From a bacterium (GTDB taxonomy: Bacteria > Patescibacteriota > Minisyncoccia > Phycocordibacterales > GCA-002787175), in NCBI GenBank assembly GCA_030699905.1, contig JAUYKQ010000010.1, forward strand, positions 2,554 through 66,553: 64,000 nt of DNA. The letters run 5' to 3'. Shown piece after piece: positions 49,569 through 59,069 of the stretch. The notes beneath the pieces are model-generated. The model was not told where the DNA came from. It did no database searches and saw nothing but the letters and a program-made list of their open reading frames with translations. The stretch's first letter is position 1; the number at the start of each line of letters is the position of its first letter. A program made the translations under genes and the position numbers.

Positions 49569-50948
49569 TCATTGTTCTTTTATGATGAGATTACTTACGG
49601 AAGAATTTTTACTATCTGGGATATGTAGAGTTAGTTCGGATACTTTTGAAGAAAGTGAGTATGTATAGATTTGAAGAAGGTTTATCGTTATCTTATAAAG
49701 TCGTTTGTCAGCATTCGTTAGGTACGCGGTGTAGTCGTCCACCCTTATTTTTCCGGCTTCTCCCGTCGTTTCAAAATCATTATTATAGCTAAAAGAAAGT
49801 TCTATATTACCAGAGACATTATCAGTGGTGAGCACAAATTCCACCGTGGTGAGTTCCTCAGGATCAAATTCACCGGACTTTATAAGCACGTTACCTTTGA
49901 CATGGTCACTCCTGAAGCTTTCTTGTGAATCTTCAGGGGGAGACGCTTCCATTCTAAGGCGAACAGGAGACGTGTAATATGTTCTGATCGCGGACCCTTC
50001 TTTTCCCAGAAGCCTTAAAAACTCGGGGTTGGTTGAATCTCTAACGCTTGAGACCGTTTTTACGGTTTTGGTCTTGACATCCGGAGGCATAAATTCGTTT
50101 TGCGCAAGTGCAATCGGCGTATCTGTCCCGAAGAACCAAATGTAGTCGGCCAAAGTGTATCCGGGCATTCCTTGAAAAATATGCGCTCCGGTGAGGTTCG
50201 GAATTGTTACAGGTTCGCCGTTTTGGGAAAGAGCGGCCAGTTCTTTGATTAAAGTGTCTTCCAGTTTGAGGACGGCCTCCTTTCTTTGGACGGATTCTTC
50301 CTTTAACCTTAAAGAATGGAATGAAAAAACTTGCTGAAGAGCCAATATGACGATTATTGTCGCGATGACAACTTTTCCGGCAGTTTCTTTTTTTGCTCTT
50401 ATAAACCACAAAGCTCCGAGGGTCAAAAATATGGAATAAAAATAGTACGGCGGTCCGGCATATCTGTAGTCAAAATCCGGCACAGTGTTGTGGTCCGGCC
50501 GAGCCAATATCACCATCAAAATTGAAATAAATATTCCCAAAAGGAGGTAAGCGGTTATATAATGTTCTTTCTTGGACGAGTATTTATGGACAAGCCACAG
50601 CAAAGCTCCATTCAGTAACAAAATCAAAATCTCTAAAGTCGGCCACAGTTTTTCCGCGCTTTTCACTACGGCTGGGTGGGCCGCTATTTTTTCCATATCT
50701 GGAGCAAAAGCGGAAAGGGAAACGCCGGAAGCGAACAATGAAGAAAAGTTCCTTGCCAGAGGAACAGGTCTCCAGTTCTCTTTTCTTTGTATGGAAGAAT
50801 CTGTTTCCAATATGCCTCCATCAAGCGACGTCAGAAATGTTCCCGGCTGTATGACGGTAAATGTGATAAAGAAAAACAAAGCATATAGCACGGCAACCGC
50901 GGTTACTAAGGCGAGAGGTATTTTGTTTTCTTTAAGAAATTTATTCAT
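49569..50948 (-). CDS. Membrane protein (possibly C-terminal half of a split GT-C gene)
   Basis: Several TMs then soluble domain. Confidence 0.65.
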   Translation of the reverse strand: MNKFLKENKIPLALVTAVAVLYALFFFITFTVIQPGTFLTSLDGGILETDSSIQRKENWRPVPLARNFSSLFASGVSLSAFAPDMEKIAAHPAVVKSAEKLWPTLEILILLLNGALLWLVHKYSSKKEHYITAYLLLGIFISILMVILARPDHNTVPDFDYRYAGPPYYFYSIFLTLGALWFIRAKKETAGKVVIATIIVILALQQVFSFHSLRLKEESVQRKEAVLKLEDTLIKELAALSQNGEPVTIPNLTGAHIFQGMPGYTLADYIWFFGTDTPIALAQNEFMPPDVKTKTVKTVSSVRDSTNPEFLRLLGKEGSAIRTYYTSPVRLRMEASPPEDSQESFRSDHVKGNVLIKSGEFDPEELTTVEFVLTTDNVSGNIELSFSYNNDFETTGEAGKIRVDDYTAYLTNADKRLYKITINLLQIYTYSLSSKVSELTLHIPDSKNSSVSNLIIKEQ

Positions 50949-51852
50949 GTATGTTATGTGTGCGTGGGTTTCCGTCTTTGAAACTTTTTACAGCAATCAT
51001 AAATATGATAATGGTCGGTATGGTCCAGATGCCGGACGTGTCCACTAATAATGAACACATCAAAGCAGTGGCAAAAATAGTCATATATTTTTTTTCCCGC
51101 GAGTCAAGCCAAGCGAGATAACTCCACGTCGCTATGGAAAAAAATAAAAGCACTTGCGGGTAAACGGTCATTATGTAAAAACCGGTAAATATCTCCGTCC
51201 AGCCGGAGGCGCCGGCAAAGATGATTAAGAAAATGAAAAAACTTGAGAGTTCAAACCCCAGTCGTTTGAAAGTTAGATAAGTGAAAAAGGGAATGAGAGC
51301 GAAAAGTACGAAAAAGAAAATGTTGTAGGGAAGCGGATTTAGTCCGAATAAAAGGTCAAGAGCTTTCATTTCGGCAATAAAGAGAAGGAGGACGTGGTCG
51401 TTGCCGTGAGGCAGAAGAATTGACTCGGAAAAAGGCAGGGAATGATTGAGGCCGACAATTTCAAAATCGTCCATGTTAAAGTAGCCGTTTAGAATGTTTC
51501 CGCCGTGGCTTAAGAATACAAACAGAAGACAGATTAAGAGAATCAGCGTGTTTTGTTTCGCGTTGCTTAATGATTCAAAAAAACGCTTTAAATTTTCCAA
51601 AATTTGCCGTAACTTTTTTTGGAAAAATAAAAAAGAACCAAAAGCGATGAGTGATATAATGACGGATAGTATAAGGCCGTTTTTTATGCCTGCGAAATAT
51701 ATTTTGGCGGTTGGGCCGAAAAGTTCCAACCTTGACATGTCAAAATTAAGGACGACCGCGAGTGCGAAGGAGGACAGTAAAAAAGCGCCACCCAAAATAA
51801 AAAAATGAATATTTTGAATAAAAAAAGCCGAAAATTTTCCTGCGGTTTTCAT
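50941..51852 (-). CDS. Membrane protein, GT-C-like N-terminal region
   Basis: YFNMDDF, PHGNDH, FGLNPLPY. Confidence 0.65.
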   Translation of the reverse strand: MKTAGKFSAFFIQNIHFFILGGAFLLSSFALAVVLNFDMSRLELFGPTAKIYFAGIKNGLILSVIISLIAFGSFLFFQKKLRQILENLKRFFESLSNAKQNTLILLICLLFVFLSHGGNILNGYFNMDDFEIVGLNHSLPFSESILLPHGNDHVLLLFIAEMKALDLLFGLNPLPYNIFFFVLFALIPFFTYLTFKRLGFELSSFFIFLIIFAGASGWTEIFTGFYIMTVYPQVLLFFSIATWSYLAWLDSREKKYMTIFATALMCSLLVDTSGIWTIPTIIIFMIAVKSFKDGNPRTHNIHE

Positions 51853-52010
51853 TGTTGTAAATAGTAACCTTTTTTGTCGGAGCTGTCATGACAAGGTGCT
51901 ATTGACAATAGTTATTAAGATGGTACTCTTATCAGAAGTGGATTGTGGCCAGCTATCTTTTGTGCTACAACTTCGTGTTTTCAGGATAAGCTCTTAAAAA
52001 TATTTTGATT

Positions 52011-52538
52011 ATGAAATACCTACTGATCCCATCGTGCGAAGTCGCGAGACGTGACAAGTTGTCCGGCACGACCACGGAGAGACGTCTCAAGAGGGGAATT
52101 TCTCTCTGGAAAAGTGGAGGGTTTGACAGGATAATTGTCTCAGGAGGGATATGTTTTCCTCCGGACGTGCAGACATTATCAATGGCTTTTCTCATGTTCT
52201 CGTGGCTTAAAGAACGTGGCATCTCTGGGGAAGTTATACTGTGCGAAGGTATGTCAAAAGACACCTTTGAAAACATCGCCTTCTCGCTTGCTTTTATAGA
52301 GAGTGACCGAGACGCTGAAATCACGATAGTCACTCATTGGCAACACGCCCTACGGTTTTGGGCAACCTTGCGGTTTGGATATAGGGATTGTGTCGCCAGC
52401 GTAATACCGATGTGGTATTGGGTGAATCTGAAAGATTTCACTCTGGAATGGGCGATGCTTCTTGTTCATCTATTGGATCCGAGAGGCAAATGCTTCATTG
52501 CTCAATGGAATAGAAGACGACGCTCATTTTTCATTTGA
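52011..52538 (+). CDS. YdcF/ElyC/SanA (DUF218) family protein
   Basis: IIVSGG, SKDTFEN, VTHWQHALR. Confidence 0.85.
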   Translation: MKYLLIPSCEVARRDKLSGTTTERRLKRGISLWKSGGFDRIIVSGGICFPPDVQTLSMAFLMFSWLKERGISGEVILCEGMSKDTFENIAFSLAFIESDRDAEITIVTHWQHALRFWATLRFGYRDCVASVIPMWYWVNLKDFTLEWAMLLVHLLDPRGKCFIAQWNRRRRSFFI

Positions 52539-52767
52539 GCCATTCAAAACTGATCGGCATACTATCATGCGAGGTCAGTTTTTTTGTCTTCCTAATACTA
52601 TGATTCCAGTAAAATAAAATATTGTTAACTGCTTTTGTCACGCTTTTTTTACTCCAATCTTTATTCCTGTCATCCATTGTGAAAAAAGTTAACGAATCTT
52701 GGCAAGGTTTTTTAAAGTGGTATCATGTAAAAAGTTAGGTAAACAACGAACCAAGAAAGGGTATAGC

Positions 52768-53265
52768 ATGTTAACAAAAGGTGAGGAAGCGGAATTGGCC
52801 AAACTTATAGAAAAAATGGAATGGCCTTTGCCCCATGATGTTTTCCACGCGCTTGTGAAAAAAATAATCACAGTGCCGGTTGAATTGGCGGTCTTTGACA
52901 AGGGAATGGGACGAATTCTACTGCACTACAGGGAAGATGAGGAGTTCAAGGGGTGGCATATGCCGGGTACTGTGGTCAGGGACAACGAAGATGTCAAAGG
53001 AGCGATACAACGACTCCTTACGGACGAGTTGGAGTTGGAAGACAATTCCAGCGTAACTTGGCCGGAGAATCACGGTTGGTTGGAAGTCAAAAGGAAGATC
53101 GGAGTCAGACACTTAATCTCGCTTCTTTTCTCTTGTCGCATGGTCAAGGACTACGGTGGTCCTGGCGATTTTTTTGAGGTAAATAGGTTGCCAAACGACA
53201 CTCTCAAGCACCACAGGGTGCTGGTAAAAGAGATCCTTGCAAGGATGGGACGAGGAGGGTTATAA
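52768..53265 (+). CDS. NUDIX-fold protein
   Basis: WHMPGTVVRDNEDVKGAIQRLLTDEL. Confidence 0.75.
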   Translation: MLTKGEEAELAKLIEKMEWPLPHDVFHALVKKIITVPVELAVFDKGMGRILLHYREDEEFKGWHMPGTVVRDNEDVKGAIQRLLTDELELEDNSSVTWPENHGWLEVKRKIGVRHLISLLFSCRMVKDYGGPGDFFEVNRLPNDTLKHHRVLVKEILARMGRGGL

Positions 53266-53352
53266 AACCTGATACATTTTTCAAGCGGCAGGAAAACGAG
53301 AGTTTTCCTGCCGCTTTTATTTGAAATCGCAATATGCTATTCTGAAAGAATT

Positions 53353-54315
53353 ATGAAAATTCTTATCACGGGAGGGGGAGGTTTTCAGGGCAGTCATTTG
53401 ACCGAATACCTCATATCAAAAGGTCACGATATTTCAGTTTTGAATACATATTCGGAGGCCTCCAAAGCCAACTTGTCTCAAGTGAAAGACAAGATAGATC
53501 TTATCTGGGGAAGCATAACCGATAAAGAGATAGTGGATAAAAGCGTCAGAGGCCAAGATGTCGTATTCCATTTGGCTGCTCATATAAATGTTGACGAGTC
53601 GCTGAAAGAAGACCCTATGGTTTTTTTCCACGGCAATATTTTAGGCACATACAACGTTTTGGAGGCGGTTAAAAAAAACGGTAATCGTTTGATACTTACT
53701 TCTACCTGCGAAGTTTACGGAGACGGCCATGACTTGAAAGACAGCGAGCTTCTTGACGAGACGGCGGAGCTTCGTCCAAACAGTCCTTACGCCGCTTCCA
53801 AAGTGGCCGCCGATAGAATAAGTTACTCGTATTTCAAATCATTCGGAGTGGATATAACTATTGTCAGACCATTTAACTTGTTTGGAGAAAGGCAAAAAAG
53901 CGGACGCTTCGGAGCTCTCATCCCGATTTTGGTGGCAAATGCCATGAGAGGAGAAGATTTGGTCATTTTCGGAACAGGGGAATCCACGAGAGATTATACT
54001 CACGTGAGCGACATAATACAGGCCTACGATATTGTATTGAATAACGGCGAGGCCCTCAAAGGCAAAGCTATCAACTTTGCAAGCGGTCAAAACACCAAGA
54101 TTAAGGATATCGCGGAATATATCGCGAAACGTTTCGGCGTCAAGGTGGTCCACGGTCCGGAAAGGCCGGGGGAAGTCCTGCGTTTTCCTTCCGACATATC
54201 TTTCGCCAAAAGCTTTGGCTATTCTCCAAAGGTTTCAGTTTGGGACGGCATAGACAAATATATAGAGTGGGCGATATCCGAAGAGTATAAGAAGTCCATA
54301 AAGTCGACTTATTAA
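53353..54315 (+). CDS. NAD-dependent epimerase/dehydratase
   Basis: TGGGGFQG, STCEVYG, YAASK. Confidence 0.92.
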   Translation: MKILITGGGGFQGSHLTEYLISKGHDISVLNTYSEASKANLSQVKDKIDLIWGSITDKEIVDKSVRGQDVVFHLAAHINVDESLKEDPMVFFHGNILGTYNVLEAVKKNGNRLILTSTCEVYGDGHDLKDSELLDETAELRPNSPYAASKVAADRISYSYFKSFGVDITIVRPFNLFGERQKSGRFGALIPILVANAMRGEDLVIFGTGESTRDYTHVSDIIQAYDIVLNNGEALKGKAINFASGQNTKIKDIAEYIAKRFGVKVVHGPERPGEVLRFPSDISFAKSFGYSPKVSVWDGIDKYIEWAISEEYKKSIKSTY

Positions 54316-55253
54316 TAATTCACTAAAGTGCAGTATTTGTTCTCAAAGTAGGAATTCTTGTCGCTATAGTATTGCCAGTCCATTTTATCTTTTTTGAAGA
54401 TGATGTGGGGGATATTTCCGTACCATGAAGCAAAAGCGCCGAAACTGGAGTCGGAACCTATAATTGTCCGGGTTTTTGCTAAAAGGAAAAGGTCGGTCAC
54501 GGCATCCTCTTTCGAAATATAAACATTCAATCCATTGAAGAATTTGCTTTGGACCGCGCCATCGGACGTTATCACAAAAAGCGTGTTGCTTTCATCTATG
54601 TTATTCTCTCGCATGTACTCATCAAGAATTTCTCTGACTCTTTTTTGTTCAATAAAATATTCTCCGCTCTTGAAAAAAGCATAGTCGCCTTGCCGTATGT
54701 GGACTCCTACTATGTTGTTGTATTTTAAACGCAAGGGTCGTAATATTTCTTCCGTCCGATTCATGATTTCTTTTTTCGGCGCAAAAACATCAAGCAGTTC
54801 TTTTCTGAATTTTCTTAACCCTTCCGGATTTCTAAAAAGCCAGCCAACCATGTAAACGACATCGCTGTCCTCCTCTTTTCTAAAAAGTTCCGGCGGTCTT
54901 TGCGTCGGCGGGAGGCAATACGTTTTGCTTTCCAAGTTTTCGGATGAGACAACTTTTTGCGAAAACATAATCTCAATCGGTTTCAGGTAAATTATCTTAT
55001 AAATCAATTTCGCTATTTTAACACGCAGGCCGTTTCTTCTTTTCCTATATGATTTGAAAGGGGAGAAGAAAAGCGTTTTTATAAACTTATTTCCGACCGG
55101 CATGTTGAAAAACTCTCCGTATTGGAAAAAAGAATAGTTTAGGCATTCACGGTCGTGTTCCAAACAGTAAGCATAAATACTTGCAAAATTCCAAAGCTGG
55201 TTTCCCAGCTCGCCTCCGCCATGCCAAAGTATTATTGTTTTTTTCCGTTTCAT
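54312..55253 (-). CDS. GT11 alpha-1,2-fucosyltransferase-like
   Basis: GELGNQL, VHIRQGDY, SSFG. Confidence 0.85.
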   Translation of the reverse strand: MKRKKTIILWHGGGELGNQLWNFASIYAYCLEHDRECLNYSFFQYGEFFNMPVGNKFIKTLFFSPFKSYRKRRNGLRVKIAKLIYKIIYLKPIEIMFSQKVVSSENLESKTYCLPPTQRPPELFRKEEDSDVVYMVGWLFRNPEGLRKFRKELLDVFAPKKEIMNRTEEILRPLRLKYNNIVGVHIRQGDYAFFKSGEYFIEQKRVREILDEYMRENNIDESNTLFVITSDGAVQSKFFNGLNVYISKEDAVTDLFLLAKTRTIIGSDSSFGAFASWYGNIPHIIFKKDKMDWQYYSDKNSYFENKYCTLVNY

Positions 55254-56023
55254 TTTTGAAAATGATACAACCCCGTGCCAAATCCTTTTGATTTGTCGTA
55301 TTGAGCGGTCATTTTATCTCCGTAAATATACATCTCCTCTGCTAATTTCAAGGACGAGAATATTTCCAATACATAGTCGCGCCTAAAAGCCCTGTGGGCG
55401 TTGAAATACGTGATATTGTCGCGGTCAACCGGAACCGAAACATACAAGTTTCCGCCTTCCGCGAGAACTCTGGAAAGCTCTTTTACCGATTTTTCCGAAC
55501 CGAAAGAGTCAAGCGGGTCTCCGTATCGTCCGAGCCCAACGTGTTCTATGACGCATATTGAACTTAGTGATTTTATACTGCCGTTTTCAAAAGGGAGGTC
55601 TAAAAGGTCTCCTTTCGTGAAGGAGAGTCCCTGCATTGAAAAGGGCAGTGGTCTTATGTCTATCATGGTTGTCGGCGTGAACTGCGAGATGATGCCCATC
55701 ATTTTGGCGTCCGAACCGATATCAAAGTGCCTCTCCGGTTTGTTTTCAAAAATTTTTTTGGCGCACCAGGAATTCTGGAAAAAATACACGGGGGCAAGAG
55801 GAGTGATGTCCGTTTTGTCAAAAATACGCGGATACAAGTCCTCCGTCTTTAAGGTGAAATTGTTATTTGGTTTTATATTTTTGTATTTCCGATAATCACC
55901 AAAAAAAATCAAAAGAGTTCGACATTTCTGAAAAGTACCATATTGTCCTTTGAATGTTTGGAAAATAATGACAATAAACTTCAGAAAAGAAATCTTTTTT
56001 AATGTTCGCCTCGGTGTTTTCAT
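55250..56023 (-). CDS. DUF268-like methyltransferase
   Basis: EHVGLGRYGDPLD, FNAHR. Confidence 0.8.
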   Translation of the reverse strand: MKTPRRTLKKISFLKFIVIIFQTFKGQYGTFQKCRTLLIFFGDYRKYKNIKPNNNFTLKTEDLYPRIFDKTDITPLAPVYFFQNSWCAKKIFENKPERHFDIGSDAKMMGIISQFTPTTMIDIRPLPFSMQGLSFTKGDLLDLPFENGSIKSLSSICVIEHVGLGRYGDPLDSFGSEKSVKELSRVLAEGGNLYVSVPVDRDNITYFNAHRAFRRDYVLEIFSSLKLAEEMYIYGDKMTAQYDKSKGFGTGLYHFQK

Positions 56024-56035
56024 GTTTATGAATAG

Positions 56036-56941
56036 CTATCTCGCGATGTATGAATCGGTTTTCTTGATTTGATAAGCTTTCTTTTCGTTTAATTCAATAA
56101 AAAACTTGTTTCTGTTCGGGAACATCAGTGTGTACAAAAAACTGAAAACGGGGTCAAAAATTTTCCATCCGAGTTTTGATTTGCCGTAAAAGAACAATTT
56201 TACAAAAAAAGGCAAGATTCCGCCCTTTTTTGATATGTCCGACTGTTCGTCTCTGTACTTTTTCATGTTGTCCGTGAGTTGTCCTTTGTTCTTTCTAAAC
56301 CGGCTGACAGTGGAGTTTAGCGACCACAGTTTAGCCCGTTTGGCGAACTCTATCCATAGGTAGTAATCTCCGGCGAGCTTGTATTTATCGGGAACACTTC
56401 CGATTTTCCGCCAAAGCTCTCGTCTCCAGAAAACGCTATCCTGATGAATAAAATAGGTGTATCTTCCGTATATTCCTTTTGCTATCCACTTGCGGTTATA
56501 AATATAACATATGCCCGGCTCGTCTTTGTTCTCGTCTTCAAAGCGAAACGAAGTAATGCCTTTAAGCCATGATACTTCGGCAAAATGGGAAAAAACGGCT
56601 GAAATTTTGGCAAACGCTTCCGGCAGGTATGTGTCATCGGAATTTATCCACGCGTAAATGTCTCCCGTGGCTTTTGTAAACCCTTTGTTTATGGCGTCAT
56701 ACATTCCTCTGTCTTTTTCAGAAGTCCATTTTAAGCTAACCCCTCGGCATTTCAAAGGGAAAGAACCGGAAGACACTTTCTCCGCGTATGACTTTATGAT
56801 TTCGGTCGTGCCGTCAGTTGAACCGCCGTCTTCTATGATGTATTCAATCTCAAAATCGCCCTCTTGGGAAAGGACGCTCTCAATGGTCTCGGCTATGTAT
56901 TTTTGGCCGTTATAAACGGGGGTGACGATACTGAATTTCAT
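56036..56941 (-). CDS. Glycosyltransferase family 2
   Basis: DGGSTD, GMYDAINKG, INSDD. Confidence 0.9.
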   Translation of the reverse strand: MKFSIVTPVYNGQKYIAETIESVLSQEGDFEIEYIIEDGGSTDGTTEIIKSYAEKVSSGSFPLKCRGVSLKWTSEKDRGMYDAINKGFTKATGDIYAWINSDDTYLPEAFAKISAVFSHFAEVSWLKGITSFRFEDENKDEPGICYIYNRKWIAKGIYGRYTYFIHQDSVFWRRELWRKIGSVPDKYKLAGDYYLWIEFAKRAKLWSLNSTVSRFRKNKGQLTDNMKKYRDEQSDISKKGGILPFFVKLFFYGKSKLGWKIFDPVFSFLYTLMFPNRNKFFIELNEKKAYQIKKTDSYIAR

Positions 56942-57020
56942 GGTAGATGCGCTTATAAATAGTGGCAGATACCCTTACAAATGGGACATGCGAATAAAAG
57001 AAGTTGCGAAGAGTGGGCGT

Positions 57021-57887
57021 TCATGTCAGATATTTTTCGTATTCGTCGTACTTTTCATTTTGATTTTTGACTCGCCAGAGATAAAGGGGGATTTTGAAAG
57101 CAAAGCTCTTCTTAAATGTTTCTGCGACTTGGAAATTGAAATCACGATCAGCGCCACGCCCGACAAATGTCGGCCAAACACGATGGTCTCTTTTCCTAAA
57201 TTTCACTTTTTCCAAAATTTCTCGTTTGAAAAGGGGACTGTTCCCCGCGCAGGGGTATGGGTCAAGGGATCTGAAGAAAAGTTTGTTTATAAATCTGAGC
57301 TGTTTTATGCGGAAAGGGACGAGAGAGTGTAAGTTCCCAAATAGTGACATGGCGATTCCTTTTGTCCGCTGTCTAAGCTTCTCTATTTCCTTCGGGTTCA
57401 TAACGGCATCAGGATGATCTTTTAAAATTCTTTCGAAATCAAGTTTTTTGCCAGAAAGGGAAGGGTCGAATTTTTGCCAGTCGATACACACATGGTTTGA
57501 ATCGTATTTTAATGCCAATTCATATTCGGTTTCGATCCTGTTTAAGAGCGAGACATCGTCTGCGTCTTGGAAAGTAATCCATTGGCCTTGAGCTTTTTCA
57601 AATCCGTAATTTCTGGCAATCCAGCCCGCGTTTATGTTTCTGCCTTGCTCATTGAATCTCTCCGGGTCGTCATACCTAAGGGGGTAATAAAAGACATTTC
57701 CCAATCCTTTGAATTTTTCTACAACCTCTTTTGTGCTGTCTTCGCTGTTGTCATCAATAACGATAATTTCCAGATTTTTATAGGTCTGATTCAGCATACT
57801 CCGTATGGCGCCTTCTATCGTCGCAGAAGAATTATGCGCCGGAATAATGACCGATATAAGGGGCTGGTTTTTATCGCCTAGCGTCAT
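57021..57887 (-). CDS. Glycosyltransferase family 2
   Basis: IPAHN, DDNSED, QDADD. Confidence 0.9.
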   Translation of the reverse strand: MTLGDKNQPLISVIIPAHNSSATIEGAIRSMLNQTYKNLEIIVIDDNSEDSTKEVVEKFKGLGNVFYYPLRYDDPERFNEQGRNINAGWIARNYGFEKAQGQWITFQDADDVSLLNRIETEYELALKYDSNHVCIDWQKFDPSLSGKKLDFERILKDHPDAVMNPKEIEKLRQRTKGIAMSLFGNLHSLVPFRIKQLRFINKLFFRSLDPYPCAGNSPLFKREILEKVKFRKRDHRVWPTFVGRGADRDFNFQVAETFKKSFAFKIPLYLWRVKNQNEKYDEYEKYLT

Positions 57888-57893
57888 TTGGAT

Positions 57894-59069
57894 CTATAAT
57901 TTAAGAATATTATCAATAAAGCCGGCAAATGTCCTGCTAAACGCTTCTTTCGTGTGGTTTTTCCTCGCGAACGACCACACTTCGCGAGAGAGCTTTTTGA
58001 CCTCCTTCGGTGGAAGAGTTGAAAAGTCCTCTACCGCTTCAGCGATATTTTCTATTGAAGGTTCGTCTATAACCTTGCTCGGAGCTTCCTCATAGATGCC
58101 TGTATTTCGCGTTACGATAGGGAAGATGCCCGCCTGCATGGCGTGTACGGTAGCTCCGCCACCGCCTTCGGAAGCTGACATGTATACGGTCGCGCCACAT
58201 TTGTTGAAGATGTCTAAAATGTTGATGCCGTCAGTCATGATTTTTCCGTCTTTCATGATTTTGGGTCGGCTATAGCGTTTTATATTCGGCAGAGAAAGCT
58301 CGCGCGCATATATTCTCTCAAATTCTTTCTCAAACGCGGATGGTCCCACGACGGAGAGATTTAGATGGGGGAGGGAAGCGAATGTCTCTACAACGAGATC
58401 GAGACCCTTCAATATCGCTCCGCCTCCTCCGAACCATAAGAAGTTCTTTCTGGCCTTATTGAAATCTTTATTTTCCGGAAACTCGTATATGTCCATTGCC
58501 GGCACGGGGACTTTTAGTATTTCTTTTCCAAATTTTTCGTATGTACCATGCACGGTCTTGTTGCCGTATCCCAGGATGAAGTCCGCGACAGACGGGTCGC
58601 TGGTCATGGGGTCTGTTCGTTTGGCCGGGAGGGTTACCCCCCGCCTTTTCTCAAAATTCCTCAATCTTTTTGCCTCAGCTTCGTTTTGGAATGAAGGATG
58701 AGAGGCCACGAGAAACATAACTTTTTTGCATTCTTTGGGAAGGTAACGCGATAATCTTTCAAGATTATACTGCATGTCTATACAAACAGCGTATTTTTTT
58801 CTCGGGACGAACCTAAAGTCGTCCCAGTTTGTAACATCAACATCGTATCCCCGATCCAGGAAAAGTTTTGCGATTTCTAAACATGTCCAATAATTCGGAT
58901 GCGGGTCGGTAAAGTATTCTCCCGGCGCTTGGATAAAGGGGCCTGTTATAAAAGAAAGCAATACTACCCCTTTTTTATTTTCCGGGGTATGGAGAGAAAC
59001 AAGCCCAAAGGCCTTATTCGTGATTTTGTTTTTATATGCGGTTATATACCGTCCCAATATATTTGTCAT
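57894..59069 (-). CDS. Glycosyltransferase (GT4-like)
   Basis: LKGLDL, SASEGGG...AMQAG. Confidence 0.8.
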   Translation of the reverse strand: MTNILGRYITAYKNKITNKAFGLVSLHTPENKKGVVLLSFITGPFIQAPGEYFTDPHPNYWTCLEIAKLFLDRGYDVDVTNWDDFRFVPRKKYAVCIDMQYNLERLSRYLPKECKKVMFLVASHPSFQNEAEAKRLRNFEKRRGVTLPAKRTDPMTSDPSVADFILGYGNKTVHGTYEKFGKEILKVPVPAMDIYEFPENKDFNKARKNFLWFGGGGAILKGLDLVVETFASLPHLNLSVVGPSAFEKEFERIYARELSLPNIKRYSRPKIMKDGKIMTDGINILDIFNKCGATVYMSASEGGGGATVHAMQAGIFPIVTRNTGIYEEAPSKVIDEPSIENIAEAVEDFSTLPPKEVKKLSREVWSFARKNHTKEAFSRTFAGFIDNILKL

